A DNA stretch of 33,578 nt from Thalia democratica (Eukaryota). Positions 10,935 to 24,410 of the stretch are shown here, piece by piece. Both the position numbers and the translations under genes were made by a program. Each line of letters opens with the position of its first letter. The first letter of the stretch is position 1. Under the pieces are notes generated by a model. That model searched no databases. It was not told the origin of the DNA and saw only the letters and a program-made list of their open reading frames with translations. The stretch spans positions 27,124,423 through 27,158,000 of the forward strand of contig OZ241830.1 in assembly GCA_965202585.1 (NCBI GenBank). The letters run 5' to 3'.

Positions 10935-12570
10935 ATATTTTTTTAAGCATTATTATACAATTATAATTTTCTAAAACATACAACTATAATACAAATATAC
11001 ATAGCTAGAATTGATATAGTAACCAAAATACGACAGATACAAACATTTTCAACTGTAGTGAAACAAAATAGTCGTTTTAAAAGTTGTACCCTTGCTGCTA
11101 TGTCCTCTACGATGTGTGAAATTTTATTCTAGTGGTGTAACACTAATTTTTCGAAAAACTTTCCTGCTCATTCTTAAACCAGACTTTTTAATCGCCTTTT
11201 CGTTGTTTGATAAAGAATATAATATAAGCCTTAAAAACAATAAGCTTTAACGTCAGTTTTTTTATTATAACAATTAACACCCATTAACAGCGCATACGTA
11301 AATTGTTAGTTTGTTACGTTTTTATTGCTAGAACTAATTAGAAAAGATAACATATCTAGCCTTGAGTTACGGTTACAATTTACATCAAATATGTTGAATG
11401 GCGTCCGATGCAGCTGTACTTCCTAATTATTGTCACGACGCTATTACAAAGCAATCGTAAATAACGTTTTATTGATGTTAAGTTAGTTAAACAACACAAT
11501 AAAAAACTCTCAAGAAACAAATTTTAAAAGTTATAGTTTGAATGAATTTTTTAATTTACTTCAGAAAATCGTTTAAGTTAGTTTTTCTAAAAGTTGAAAA
11601 AACATTTGCCACACACTTGTTAGTTATAACCACTAAAATAGCATTTTATATAAAGTTTATTTCTAACAATTTATTTATCTAACCATAATTTTCATAAAAT
11701 TGTGAGTGTTATTTAGCGCACTAGACTAAACTAATTCTTTTTAAGTATTGATTTTTTTTTAAATCATAAATTTGTTTTGTTATTTTGTCTTTAACGTAAA
11801 GTAACACTGCAAAAATCTTTTACATTCACAATAAGCTCCAAGGAACTATGAAATTTGTTATAAACATTTTGATTAGTTTGAGGACCTACAATAAAAGTTG
11901 AACAATTTCTAAAGCTTTCAAAATGTAAAACTGTTTATCATTTTTACTCGAGCAACTAGTCCAGATATATCTGATTATATTGAAATGAATAACGACTTTA
12001 TTAGTAACTAAACTTTATTAGTAACTGTTAATAAACTATTACATCACTATATAGTAGTTAATAAACGTAACTGTTATATAATTATTTCTAAATAAGTAAA
12101 AAAAAATTTATATCAATTAAATTATGTAACCAACTATAAATCACTTTAAAAAATAAAACTATTATTGATAATACTTTTTTAAGATTTTACGAATGGTCAT
12201 TATTAATATTTTATGAAGTAATCGAAATAGCACGATACCATTGTTTACTTGTACACATGGTAATCATTATTTCATAAATGGAAAACTATTAAATGAGATT
12301 TAAAATTTTGAAAGGTCATCAGTATCATTATAACAAACGTTACTCAGTACGGCTAAAACGTTAGTTTTATTTCTGAGCAAAAAATACGCAGTGTTTCCAC
12401 AAAAAAAAAGTCTAAGCTTAATTACAGATTTAAACTCTATTTAAGAGTAGGAAACGTTTAAAATGTAACAGACTGAATTTACTAATAACACATTAGAACG
12501 CATCGTAGAAAACTGTATAATTCTGCTACTCAATAAAAGATTAACACATCAGTAAAAATGAAATATTTTA
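10935..12570 (+). repeat. Paralogous segment U2, tandem direct copy of U1 (offset ~2.0-2.15 kb)
   Basis: The same blocks occur in the same order at 11359, 11471, 12132, 12218, core 12311-12365 and ~12524. The core is 47/55 identical to U1. Confidence 0.85.
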
Positions 12571-12617
12571 TTAAAAGTAACTGCCATGTACATACAAAAC
12601 ACTTGTTTTTATGTTAG

Positions 12618-12663
12618 CCAAAAGATGGTATTTTATTCGCGGGTCGTACATTTTACGTCGCAG
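12618..12663 (+). other. Candidate 46-nt micro-exon (PKDGILFAGRTFYVA-G)
   Basis: CpG-rich island bounded by ttttatgttag| and CAG|gtactt. No partner exons identified. Confidence 0.22.
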
Positions 12664-14023
12664 GTACTTGTTAAAGTAAAACTGAATGATTTTACAGTCG
12701 TTGTTATGTTGTTCAAACTTTCGCTTTAATTAGTTTATTTTAAGTATATATTAAAAACAAAAGCAAAGTTTATTCTTTTTTGCAACAATTTTTCACGTTT
12801 TGTAATTGTTTGACAAATTAAATAAAAAATATAGTTTTACAACATTTTAAAATAAGTTAAGTATAAAAACTACTCGCAAGCCTTATCTTACAAGTATTAA
12901 ATAAAATTTAAAGCTGTAATTTTTATTGTTATTTATTATTACAGTTTTAGTTAAAAACAAAACTAAACAATTTAGTTAAATTTTTTATTTAATTAAATAA
13001 AATGTTTGTTATGGTGAAATTTGTTGAGAAAACGTATATCAAATTTTTCTTTTCTTTACTTAGTGGCTTTGGTATACTTAACCATTATGTTTCAATTAAT
13101 TTTCACAAAACTTTAGTTAGTTGTAAGAAATCACTAATATTTTATTTTCAAATTAACTTTGGTTTTTCTTTAAGTATTTTATTTCAAATCAAATTGGTTT
13201 ACTTTTATTTGTACTATTTGGTCTATGAAGTTTTTAAAGCTATTATGAAAGAAACTTTTCAAGGAAAAATCAGTTGTTTCAATTCAGCTTTTCAACTTTT
13301 TAGTTACGAAAAATCTTCTAAAAAGTTGTCACGTATAAAGAAAAAATAACCAAGCATTTTTCAGACTACTAACGTCACTTCAGCTCTTTATTATGAAAAG
13401 TAATATTCAAATTAAGATTTATGGTTACTAATGTATTCTTATTAAGATAGAGCTGTTTAATTTGATATAAATAAGTGACTAATTATTTAAGAAGTTTATT
13501 ATTAAACTTATCACTTAAATAGTTTATGTGCAAAAAAATTATGAAATTGTCTTTCTACTTTTTACGTATTTTTACGTTTGAATTGTCAAGTTTGTTCAAC
13601 TATTATGGTTTTTAAACAATTAATAAGATATTTTGTACTCTCTAATACAAAAACTTTAAATTATGATTTTTTAAACTAATTAAACCTAATTGACAAATTC
13701 CAAACTAAGCAAATGTTATTAAAATTAACTAACACTCACATTGTAAAAGATTTTTTTTGTTTAAAAACGTATAACAAACATTAGATGTTTTTTTAAAGAT
13801 TATTATATACAGTATAAATTCATTTTTATAATTTTTTAATCAATATATTTTTGCGATAGAATGTTTGTCCAAAATCTTTGGCCAGAAACAAAAAAGTTAT
13901 TCCCCAAAATTAGTTAATTATTGCTATCAATTTTTCATATAATGAACATATGTTTAATTGAGAGTTTCTTAACATAATTTATTTGTATTTTACTAAAGCT
14001 TTCCAGATATTGGTACTGGATAA

Positions 14024-14051
14024 TAAACAAACAAATAAATTTGTTTGTTTA
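14024..14051. repeat. Perfect 13-bp inverted repeat with a 2-nt spacer
   Basis: TAAACAAACAAAT-AA-ATTTGTTTGTTTA. Confidence 0.9.
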
Positions 14052-17000
14052 GGTTAAGGCTTTAAATGATATACTAATAAATTAAAACACTCAAAAAAAT
14101 TAGAGCTGTATAAAAAAAATCTAATAAAATCGTTAGCATCCGGGAAAATATTATTCAATTAGTCATAAACATAAAAGCTGTTTACATCTAGAATTCTTTT
14201 TAAATAATCAATTTGCCCATTGAGAATAAGCAAACGACATAATTATATCAACATAAACAAAGATTAATTATTATTCAAGTAAAATTTATTTATTTCTACT
14301 GCTATAAAACTTTATGATAGAAAAATAACTAAACTAAGATCCTCATGGTAAAGAATAAATTTCTTCAATAAAATGAGCTTTATCATTTTTAAACTACTTA
14401 TTGTGATGAAAATATAATAATTTCAGTAACTAAAAAGAAAATACAGAAAAATATAATTTAAAAAATGTAAAAAAATTTCTTTAGCCGTATGATGTTTTAC
14501 AAACTTGTCTGTTATTTACCGTTAAATGTTTTAATAAAGTTGATGTATTCAAAAAAATAAATGAACTGCATACATCTTTCCCATCTTTAGCTTTTAGTTT
14601 TAACACCAGTAATTAGTCGTTGAACAAACTTTTTACTTAGTTCAACAAAGCTAGTATTATTTTTTATTTTGTTTCGTCAACTCTTTTATAGCGTTGTATT
14701 TGTTTTTCTATACGTATTCAATTACTTTATTTATTCTGTAGATTGATTATAGTTTTAAAAGCAAATAGTTTGTGACATAGTAATTACTTAATAATTCTTT
14801 TAATCTTAGATGTTAAACTTTATTAATTACTTTTTCATAAAAAAATTCTTTGTGTTTTTAAGCACATTACTTTGGCTATACTTTACAAGTTGAGTGCCAA
14901 GTATAATTTTTTAAACATTACACTAGTTTTCATTAACTGCGAGTCTAAAGTCTAGAATGTGCTTTTAAAAATTTATTATTTTATTCAAAGCAGTTTAATA
15001 AGTTCTAAAAGTATTACGCTAGCTATAAAATTTATATCAAACCATTAAATCTTATACAAGCTAGTTAACTTCGACAAATAAATTTTTTTTAAATAACTTT
15101 GTCTTGTTGTTTAACAAAAGTTAAGTTTTAAATATAAAGAGCATTATTTTAAAAGTTTATGAATACTTGTTAAAAGTTAAACTTAAAGATTTGTCTAACA
15201 AATAATCTAATAATTACATTATTTAACATATGTGTGTGATAGTTTTCACAGGAAAATATCCAATTAGAATGGTTATGAAACTTAACAAAAGTTCATATTT
15301 TATTAAACTTACTTTACCTTTAGATTAAAAAAAAATATTGAGTGAATGAATTTCTCAAACTAGCTTTTTACATTTCTACAAATTAAGAGTTATCGAAGAA
15401 CCTTAAAATAGACTATTTACGTAGTTTGTACCTTTTCTAGTGTTAACAATTTAAAAGAAATTAGTTTTAAACCTATATTAAAAAAAAAATTCAGTAAGAA
15501 TTTTCTTAATTTTTTTTTTTCTCATATAATATCTATAATTAGAATCTGACCAAAAGTTTAAGCGATTATCTCCCAATTATCATTTTACCTAATAGTTAGC
15601 AATACTTTCTCATATGATAGAATTTTGTAATTCTTTTTCTGAATTCTATTAAAATTTAATTATTAACTATATCTACTCGTTAATAGTTATTTTTATGTGT
15701 TTAAAAATAATAAAATAAAAAATCCTGAGTAAAGTTATTCAAACAATAATTTATATAACATAAAACGGATTACTGAATCAAATTATTTGTTTTCAGACTG
15801 CTTTAAGTTTAGTACAAGTGTAATAATTTTAATAAGAGTAACTGTAAGTTTACGCTTGTATGAATTGAGAAACTAATACAATTTTTGTAAGGCTTAAAGC
15901 TAAGCCTAAAAAAATATATTTTAAATTGGGTTTAACAGCTGAGTAACTTAATTTGTATTAGTTTTTTGTTACCTTAATACAGAACTTAAACAACTTGTTA
16001 TCCATATAATTTGAAATTACGTGGTAGTTGTTATTGTTTTAACTACATTATTTGTGTAACCTTTTAATTTACATATACAAAATTTAGTTACGTTAGACGT
16101 AACATATATTTATAGGTAAAAAACTTGTTACGAAGTAATGTAAAGTATATAACACTTTTCACCACGCATTAAGTATATAATAATAACATGAGTTTCTTTG
16201 TTACTAAAGTTAAAATCTTTATAAAAAATAAATTAAACGGTTTGAATGTAAGCTTTGACCATAACAATTAAAGGTTTTGAATAAAATAAAAATTGAGAAT
16301 TCTTAATGAAAAAATTGATAGTTGTTATGTATTTCTTGTCATTAGAAACAGTGTAAATTCTTAAACTATCAAAAAATCAGTATGTTGTAAAACAGAACTA
16401 CCTTTGAATAAATTGCTAATGTGTATAATAAACAAAGTTTTATTTTTAATTCGTTAAAATATTTATTGTACTAACGTTATGGTGAGTTTAAATTCCACAA
16501 CAAAGAGCTCAATTGAAAAGAACAAATAAATATTAATTAGACTATTTCAAATATACGATATCCAATAAGTTTTTTCATACTTAACTTTTATCTAACTCCT
16601 ATTACTAATTGAATGATAGCTCTTTAATAATTTTTTAATTGGCCATTAAGATTTTTTTTGTTAATTTAACAAACACATTAAATGTAATCAATTTTAATTA
16701 CAGTATAATTAGTGCTGATTATTAGCACCTAATAGTAGTATATGTGGTATTGTCTATTTTACTTTATAGAGTTTTTAAATCGTGATCATTGCGTTTCCAT
16801 GAAACACTGTGTAGCTCAGAAACTCTCAATTATAAGTTTTCTAACTAATGTTAAAAAAAAAATATATAACTTTATTAACTTAACTTTTGTAGGATAAACA
16901 TCTATGTATTTTAATTGCTTAATTATTTGTTTTCTGCTTGTTTTTAAATAAAATCACGCTAATGGAACACAAACTTTATCAAAATATTAATTTTTAGAAA

Positions 17001-17559
17001 CTTGTATTTTTTTAGTCGAACTAGTCTTACTCGAATGAGATTTTTAAACATGTCAAAGGTACAAAAAACAAATAGAAGCAATTTTTCTCGAGAGAGTTTC
17101 AAAGGTGTTGCACATTACTAATTTAACTATCCGTGATAAACTCAATTTAGTACTGACTTATGAATACGTTGCTTACGTAAAAATATGATGTCATACAATA
17201 TAAATATACATTTTATAGTTATTGAAATGATAATTTTTAATTTTTAAAATACAATGTCTTTAATTTTATAAAAGCTTAGATTTCTCGAGATTAGTGTAAG
17301 AATACTCATGTTAAACAAAACAAATAGTTTTATTCACATCAAATTCGATTTAACATTGACGTCGTTAGATGTTTTTTACGTCATAACATAAAAACATTGA
17401 TATAATAAACAATTAAACGAAATATTCAAACCGAGGGTTTGTTTTTTTTCACCCGGTAAAACGTTTTGTTAAGCGCATTACGTTTTATAAAAAACATTTA
17501 AACACTTCAATGGTTTTAAGCAGAAATAAAAACCGAAAACATATTTTTTAAAAAATAGA

Positions 17560-18570
17560 ATCAATGAATTTTTACTGAATAAGTAGTATAAAATAATACA
17601 AAAATGGTCTTTGATGCACATAATTTGTTTATATCTTTAAAAACTCAAAAAATTATTTAAATGAAACTAGATAATTAGTATCTTTTTATAAAAAGATAAT
17701 TAATTGGGTTTTTGATGTATTGTTATTTTTTAAGTTTCATTGTCACTTTTGTTGTGTAAACTATTTTTATGAATATCTTTGAAAACTAGTATTGTTATAA
17801 ATATTCTGTTTAGTGATAATGTTTTCCAACTATACATCGACTTAAAAATTAAGCTCATTTGTAAATCATAGTTTGTTTAAACAAGTGAATATTAACAACA
17901 AAATGTTAAACATACTTAACTAATAAGGAAATATTTCTTTATCTTATTGTGCACAAATGTTTATGTAAATACTTAGTACTTGGTTATGAATGATATAAAT
18001 ATAATAAATAGTTTAATATTTAATAACAGCACTCAAATTATTTTCATATCGTCAAAATTTTGACAGTTTTATCAGATAAAACTGAACAAAACGCCAATTA
18101 ATATTTTACCTGGGTTTAATATTACAATTAAAATTGATTTACTGACTTTCCATTAATTTGCTTTCAATAAATGCTCAACATAAGTTATATAAATCTTTAA
18201 GTTTTCTACATCTCTACTGGTTTATTAACATATTTAGAATTTGAACAAGAAGTTTAAGTCTATAGAATTAATATTTAAATATTATTCTTAATCGTTGTAA
18301 AATTTATACATTGCTCGGTTGTCATCATTATTACAATGGACGTTACTAAATTCGGCTAAAGCAAAGGTTCTACAAAAAAAGTTAAGAAAGTATCAGAAAA
18401 TTAAATTTGATCTACGATATTTTATTTGTATTTAGTCAAAGCTTAGATAGAAAATATTTTCATAAGTTTTAGTTAACAATTTTTTATCTAAGCGTAACAC
18501 TAGTCTTCGCTAACTTATTTAAGTAATTCTTTTTTGGTCATGGTTTTATCATTGTTGCTACTCAACGCTA
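17560..18570 (+). repeat. Paralogous segment U4 (more diverged)
   Basis: Core-like ggttgtcatcattattacaatggacgttactaaattcggctaaagc (18317-18362), followed by agtcaaagctt (~18434) and gttgctactcaac (~18554) as in U1/U2/U3. Upstream blocks (ttgatgcaca; gcacaaatgtttatgta..ttagtactt) are shared with U5. Confidence 0.7.
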
Positions 18571-19499
18571 TTACGTATTTTATTTTCCTAATCGAGAACT
18601 TTATATCTGAAAAGTTTCCGAAAGGGTTAAAACTTTACTCTCTAAAACTAATTATATCTCTGAATAAGCAAAAAAAAATATTCTAAAATTGGCTAGGGTT
18701 TTTTCAATTTTGAACTTACTAAGATGTTAGATAAACTTTAAATCAATGTAAGCAAGTAGAAACGTTGTTGGAAGTGGTTGTAAAAAATGTGACTAACTTA
18801 GTTAAACTTAGTTAATTTGCTTTTGTTGTTATTTTAGTTAAAGGTTGAAAACTAGTCTAGCAAGCAAGTACTCACAACTTATTTACAATCAACACAGTAG
18901 CTTGTTTTCATCACTTTGTATTATCCCTACTTTTTTCTTCTTTTTTAAGATAAGTTTAAGTTTAAGTAAAGTTTAAGAATATTTTAACTTACATCGAGTT
19001 GGAGTTAAGTATGCATGCAAAATTTCAATCACAATTTGTCAAGGGTTTTTAGTTTATGAAACTTATCGATTTTTTATAACATTATAAAATTATTTTAAAT
19101 GTATTCTTATATGATGGTTGCTTTATTTCCAAGCCAATTAAAAAAAACTTACACTACTTTAGAATTTTAAGTTTATGTTTACATTCAGCATATGAAAACT
19201 ATGCTTAATAATAGGTATTCAATTATATATAAAATAAAATAAATAACTGGTGTTAGTCTATTTTTTTTTTTTTTGAAACTCTACTTCAGCTTTAAACTGT
19301 TGATTATTTTTTTCAAACTTAAATGTTATACAAAATATATGTTATATAATATCTATAATAATTATCATAATAATCTAATAATACTTAAACATTAAGCAAA
19401 AAAGTTTAAGAAATGTTTTGTGTAACTAGAATACTTTTATATTACGTTAAGTTTCTGTGTAAATTTGTTTTTAAACGTGGCCATTAAACTGCTTCGAGT

Positions 19500-20130
19500 A
19501 TTTTTCTGAATAATAAAAGTAATATTTGATGCACACATTAACTTTTATTCTCTTATTAAAAGTAAGTGAGCTGTTTATCGGTTGAAGTAAAGTTGAGTAT
19601 CATAAGAAGAATTTAATTGCTAATTGTGCGCAAATGTTTATGTACGTAAGCATTTAGTACTTAATTATAATACAATAATATAAGTTGTATTTGATAAGCT
19701 GATAAAATGTTTGTATTATTTTCATCTCGACTTCGTATATTTCATAAGTATTACCAGGTAAAATTGATCAGTTTGTTTTTATATTCTCGGTTTATATCTA
19801 TAACTTCTGAAATTCGTAACCAAGTTTTTCTGAAAACACTGTTCCAATTATTTGGTTGTTTTTGTTTTAAAGTATGAAAATAGCTTTAAAAAAAATTGAC
19901 TAAACTTTATAAACAGGTTTAATCGAAACTACTTAAGTTATTAAAATAATGTTTCAAAGTGAAATCATTTAGACGTAAAAAATTCTTAAAAATGAAACAA
20001 TAAATGTTTCTATTTAATTTTTAATTATCAAAGTTTAAATAAAAAGTTATGAAATAAAAGGTTATAAGTATCATTAAAACGATTACTTAATTTGGCGAAG
20101 CGTAGATTTTATTTAAAAACAAATAAAATA
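19500..20130 (+). repeat. Paralogous segment U5 (most diverged core)
   Basis: ttgatgcaca (19526), ttgtgcgcaaatgtttatgta..ttagtactt (19624) and attattttcat.tcg (19716) match U4. The core-like sequence is aaaggttataagtatcattaaaacgattacttaatttggcgaagcg (20057-20102). Confidence 0.65.
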
Positions 20131-22104
20131 AGCAACTTTATTTGAAATAGAGTTTATAAAATATTTACGATTTATCTATTTTTATCTTTAAATAACACAA
20201 AAACTTTCGTTATACTTTTCAATTAATTAAAATGCAATTTTTATTGTTGCAATTTAGTTTTAAAGTCGAAAAAAATACTCTGAAAATTTTCATAAACTTT
20301 ACAATAATTTTTATCTTAATATAATGTTTAATTTCTGTTCGTTTAAGAAATTAAATATATGTTTAGTGAGTTTTATAGCTAGTTTTAGTTACGAAAAACT
20401 TTTTATTTGAAAATTTAAAACTATACTAATAATCTAAGATAACTGTAAATTAGATAACGGAACTGTGATTCAAATAAGAAGGAAATAAGTTAATCAGACC
20501 GATGTGTTAATTTTAAAATATTTTAAAACAAAGACTAAGTGAATGATTTTAAGTTGTGTTTTAGTATAATTTTAAAAAATAAAAACTTTTAAAATATTTG
20601 GTAAAATGTAAAGTAGTGCAAGAGCATTTTATTTATATACTATTATAAATACTGTCATATAAAATTCGATACTTTTTGTTGTATGAAATTCAATTTTTTC
20701 ATTTAATCCGGTTTTTTTTGCCTAAAATTTTTCTCACAGGATTAAAAGCTTATACATGATTTTTAGAAGATTAGATATCCGTAAATTATTACAAGATATA
20801 AATTTATAAATACTTTTTAAAAATAACGAATTTTTTCAAAACATAAGGTTATAGTGATATTTTGAAATATTTTTAATTTCAATAAGAAAAAATATATAAA
20901 TTTTACAATTTAACTATTTGATTAACATAAATATTTTATTTAAAATATACTTGAAACTTTATAAAACAGTTAAATAAAATCTATATAAAAGACGTGTTAA
21001 AAGAACACAATAGCTTGTTATTATGCATATTAGAAATATAGCTGTAGTATTTACTTAACTATATTGCTAGCATTTATTAAACAATGGGTTTGATGTAGTA
21101 TTAAGTAGTAATTAAAATTAAATTAAACTTATGTTCACAGATATAATTAGAAAAAAAAACTTTTTGGCTGTTTTAAACAGTCTTTCCTCTATAACTAAAA
21201 GCGTTATTTATAACTTATCTGTAGTTTTTTTTTAACTTTAAAACTTTAAAAAATGTAAAAATCAAGTTTAAGTTAATGGTAAGTATAATTTATTTTATAA
21301 ACGGTTAATTTGTACCGTAACATGCAGTTTTTTCGATTTAAAGATATCCGTATTTTTTAGTTAAGTTGTAGTATATATTATTTTATATTTTAATAAAATA
21401 ACTTTAATGTTTTTAACTTACCATTAACTTAACCTTAACTTTTACATTTTTCTATCCGTTTTTCTAATGTTGTAAGGCCACTTACCTTTCGTAGTACTTA
21501 ATATAACTATGTGTTGTTTTACAACTACATAAGATGTTTTATATGATTGATTAGATGTTGATTGATAATAATACTTTTCAATTATATTTTAAAAATCCAA
21601 AATTTACTTTTACTTACTTCGTAAATTTGAATAAGTTATTTTATATACTTTAGAAGTTTTTATAAGGACCTAATATACTTGAATTTAACTTTTATATTAA
21701 TTTTTTTATTCATAGAAAGATCTCTATTTTAAACTAAAAGGAATAACAAGTATTTAAAAAGTTAATGCTATCATTTTTAGAAGTTTCAGATATTTTAAAT
21801 AGGTAATTACTAACTAAAACATTTTATTGACAGTAAATCGAAAACAACTTAAAGACTTTTGTATAATAGCGACCTGCTATTTTTTAAGAGAATATTAAGA
21901 CAAAATGTTTTTTTCACTTTTTTATTTATAAACAATCATTAAAAATGGATAATTTTGGAAAGCTTTTGCATATTATTTTTTTTTTTAAATTATATTGACA
22001 AACAAAAAAGCGCAAAATACGAGAAGAACCTATTCAAAGGTTAAAAACCCTGAAGTCGTAAAATAATAAAATTTGAGAATTTACTTTTGGTGCGTCTTTT
22101 GACA

Positions 22105-22513
22105 TTTACCTGTCACATAAGACAGTTTTGATTACTATTCAAAGTACAACTATTCTAATTTTTTTATTTTTTCAAAGCTAAAAACTACAGTTTTAATTTG
22201 TTGCTTAATATTATCATACGTCCTTCTGTAAGACAATAATCTCAGTTTATATAAAGTAATAATTATTTATAAACACACAAACTTCAAATTAATCAAGTTG
22301 TTTTGACAAAAGTAGATTTGTTTTTTTTTAATAAAAGCGGTACATTTAAGCGGTTTACGTATACAGAAGCAATAAAGTGCAAAATTAGTTGAGTTTAAAT
22401 ACAAATACGTAAAACATTTTTATTAACTTTAGATACTGACACACCATGAAAACTGTCTATGTACGCATTTAGAGTGCTATGAAGAAATACTGTTTTAGTG
22501 AATGACAGGTAAA
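22105..22513. repeat. Possible old inverted-repeat element
   Basis: TTTACCTGTCA (22105-22115) vs TGACAGGTAAA (22503-22513), perfect 11 bp; AGACAGTTTT (22120-22129) vs AAAACTGTCT (22449-22458), perfect 10 bp. The interior is only weakly symmetric. Confidence 0.3.
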
Positions 22514-24200
22514 ATTATTACATTTTTGCAAAACAAGCACTCATGTTTAATATCAACTACACGCATAAAGTTTGTCAACCTTAGTATTTTAATTTACTCA
22601 GTTAACCTAAACTTAACATTCATTGGTTAACTAACTAAGTTTTTTAATTAGTCTTGAAGCTTTTAATACTTTTAGTAAGAATTAAGTTATAAGTTATTTT
22701 TATTAGCTTTACAACAACAGCATAAGTGTTACGACTTTCTACATACAAAAGTTAAGGTTATTGATACAAATAAACTATAAACTTTTAACAATTGAAAACT
22801 ATTTTGAATCTTCAAAAATTTGAAATATCCGAGTAAAAAATTATTCTGAACAAAAATCTAAACCAACAAAATTATTAGTTCTACCAATAAATTATTTTAA
22901 AACTGTGTTTTTCATTCAAAAAAAATCGGTCTCTCGTTATATTGACATTGAAGTAGCTTTTTTTTTTTTTTTCTGAATCTAAAAAAAATAATTCATATCT
23001 ACTTGGAAGATGGTTTATAAAATTTTAACAATAAATACTTATTACTTACTTTACCTGTTTTGAATTTTGTCCAAACTATTTAGGTATCATCAAATGAATA
23101 TTATTTCACACCAAAGTAAACATACCAGCTTCTATAAAGTTAATGTTGAAAAAGTGTTATAAAAAAATATGATCTTAAACAATTGAATACTTATGTTTAT
23201 AAGTTAAGACTTAGCTAAGAAAAATTTTTAAACATTTAGTCTTGAAAAAAAAAAGTTAAATTAATTTATCTTAACTTATAACTTTCTTACAATGACTTAC
23301 ATAAGTGTTAGTGTTTTCATAATGGTTTATTTCTGTACAGATAAATAAAATTAAGTTTAAAACATTTTTTTTGTTACAAAACAAATTTTCTGTAACTAAA
23401 AGTTCTTTAAAAGTTTTAAAAAAAAATTAAGATTAGCCTTAATCATAGCAAATAAAAGGATGAGTTTATTATTTTTAAGTCCGAAAAAAACAAAGTGAGT
23501 TATATTTCCTAAACAGTTTTAAGTCTAGAAAAAACAATAAAAAAATGTTTAAAACATTTGATATATAATTATAAATTAACAATATTGAATTTACTAAGTT
23601 AGTCGTCAGTTAAACATTTAAAATCTTCAAGAACAATTTAATTTTAAAGCTTTTAGGTAAAAACTATATTTTAACTACAGCAATCAGTTATATATAAGTA
23701 AACAAATTAGTTGACGCCGTAGATTTATTTAATAGCGAAAAAAAGCCTTTATAATTTTAAGGTTTTATTTGATTTTTAATGTGGTATTTTAATAGTTAAT
23801 AATTTGCTTCTAAGTAGTTCCGCTAAGTAATATAAATAAGAAAAAAAAATAATGATTAGTTAATAATCATTACTTAATTAATTCTATAAATAAAAAATAG
23901 TTTTCGATTAAATATACTTAAATAGCGTTAATTGTAGTTTTTTACAGTGGTGCAATTTTTTATTTTTTATAGAAGTTTTTCAAGTTTTAGGTAAATAATT
24001 ATGATTAAAATAAATTTTAAGTATTAAAATGTATAATTTCATAATGAAAATAGGGATATCTTGACTATAACAGTTTAAAATATTAAAAAGAAAAAGTTTA
24101 CTCTATCAAATTATAAATAAACATATGTAAATTAGTTAAAATATTTCAAACCACGGCACATAAAAAGTTAGTCAAAAATATATTTATTATTTACTATTGA

Positions 24201-24410
24201 ATGATGTGGTACATAACTGTTTTTATCTTCATTTTAGAGCTAATAACACTTTTTACTGTTCGCGGAAGCAGTGATAAATCTTTTAAAAGTTCAAACCATT
24301 TAAAGTTGAACTTTACCAAAAATTTTCTAAAGGTTAATAAATATTCTAATATTTCAAAATTTAAATTGTCAGAAACTGTACATGTTGTTTATCGAGTTAC
24401 GTTTTTCTAA
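24201..24410 (+). CDS. Candidate small secreted protein or first exon with a signal-peptide-like N-terminus
   Basis: True ATG start; MMWYITVFIFILELITLFTVRG|SSDK has a hydrophobic core and a small-residue cleavage-like site. No recognisable homology, and hydrophobic chance ORFs are common in AT-rich DNA. Confidence 0.22.
   Translation: MMWYITVFIFILELITLFTVRGSSDKSFKSSNHLKLNFTKNFLKVNKYSNISKFKLSETVHVVYRVTFF

Noticed and set aside
11995-12026. 15-nt tandem duplication (ACTTTATTAGTAACT x2) within U2
   Set aside because: Ordinary slippage duplication; no functional implication.
12291-12332. Hammerhead-like pattern in the repeat core on the opposite strand (TAATGATA-CTGATGA-CCTTTC-AAAA...TCTCATTT)
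   Set aside because: CTGATGA is intact only in U2 and GAAA only in U1. No copy has a valid stem II, stem III or NUH site, so it cannot be called a ribozyme.
13002-13349. 115-aa F/L/I/K-rich ORF (possible membrane protein or NUMT)
   Set aside because: T-skewed sequence suppresses stops. No recognisable motif or mitochondrial gene signature. Cannot be excluded, but it is unsupported.
14470-14500. ttagccgtatga, resembling an extra inverted repeat core (also gagccgtaat at ~27551)
   Set aside because: Only 8-9 matching bases, and flanking blocks are not convincingly collinear by eye.
20700-21540. Isolated strong splice sites (ttctcacag|G at 20739 on +; AG|gtaagt at 21486 on -; similar ones near 2830, 15251, 28646)
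   Set aside because: No consistent multi-exon reading frame could be assembled, and such sites are frequent by chance in AT-rich DNA.
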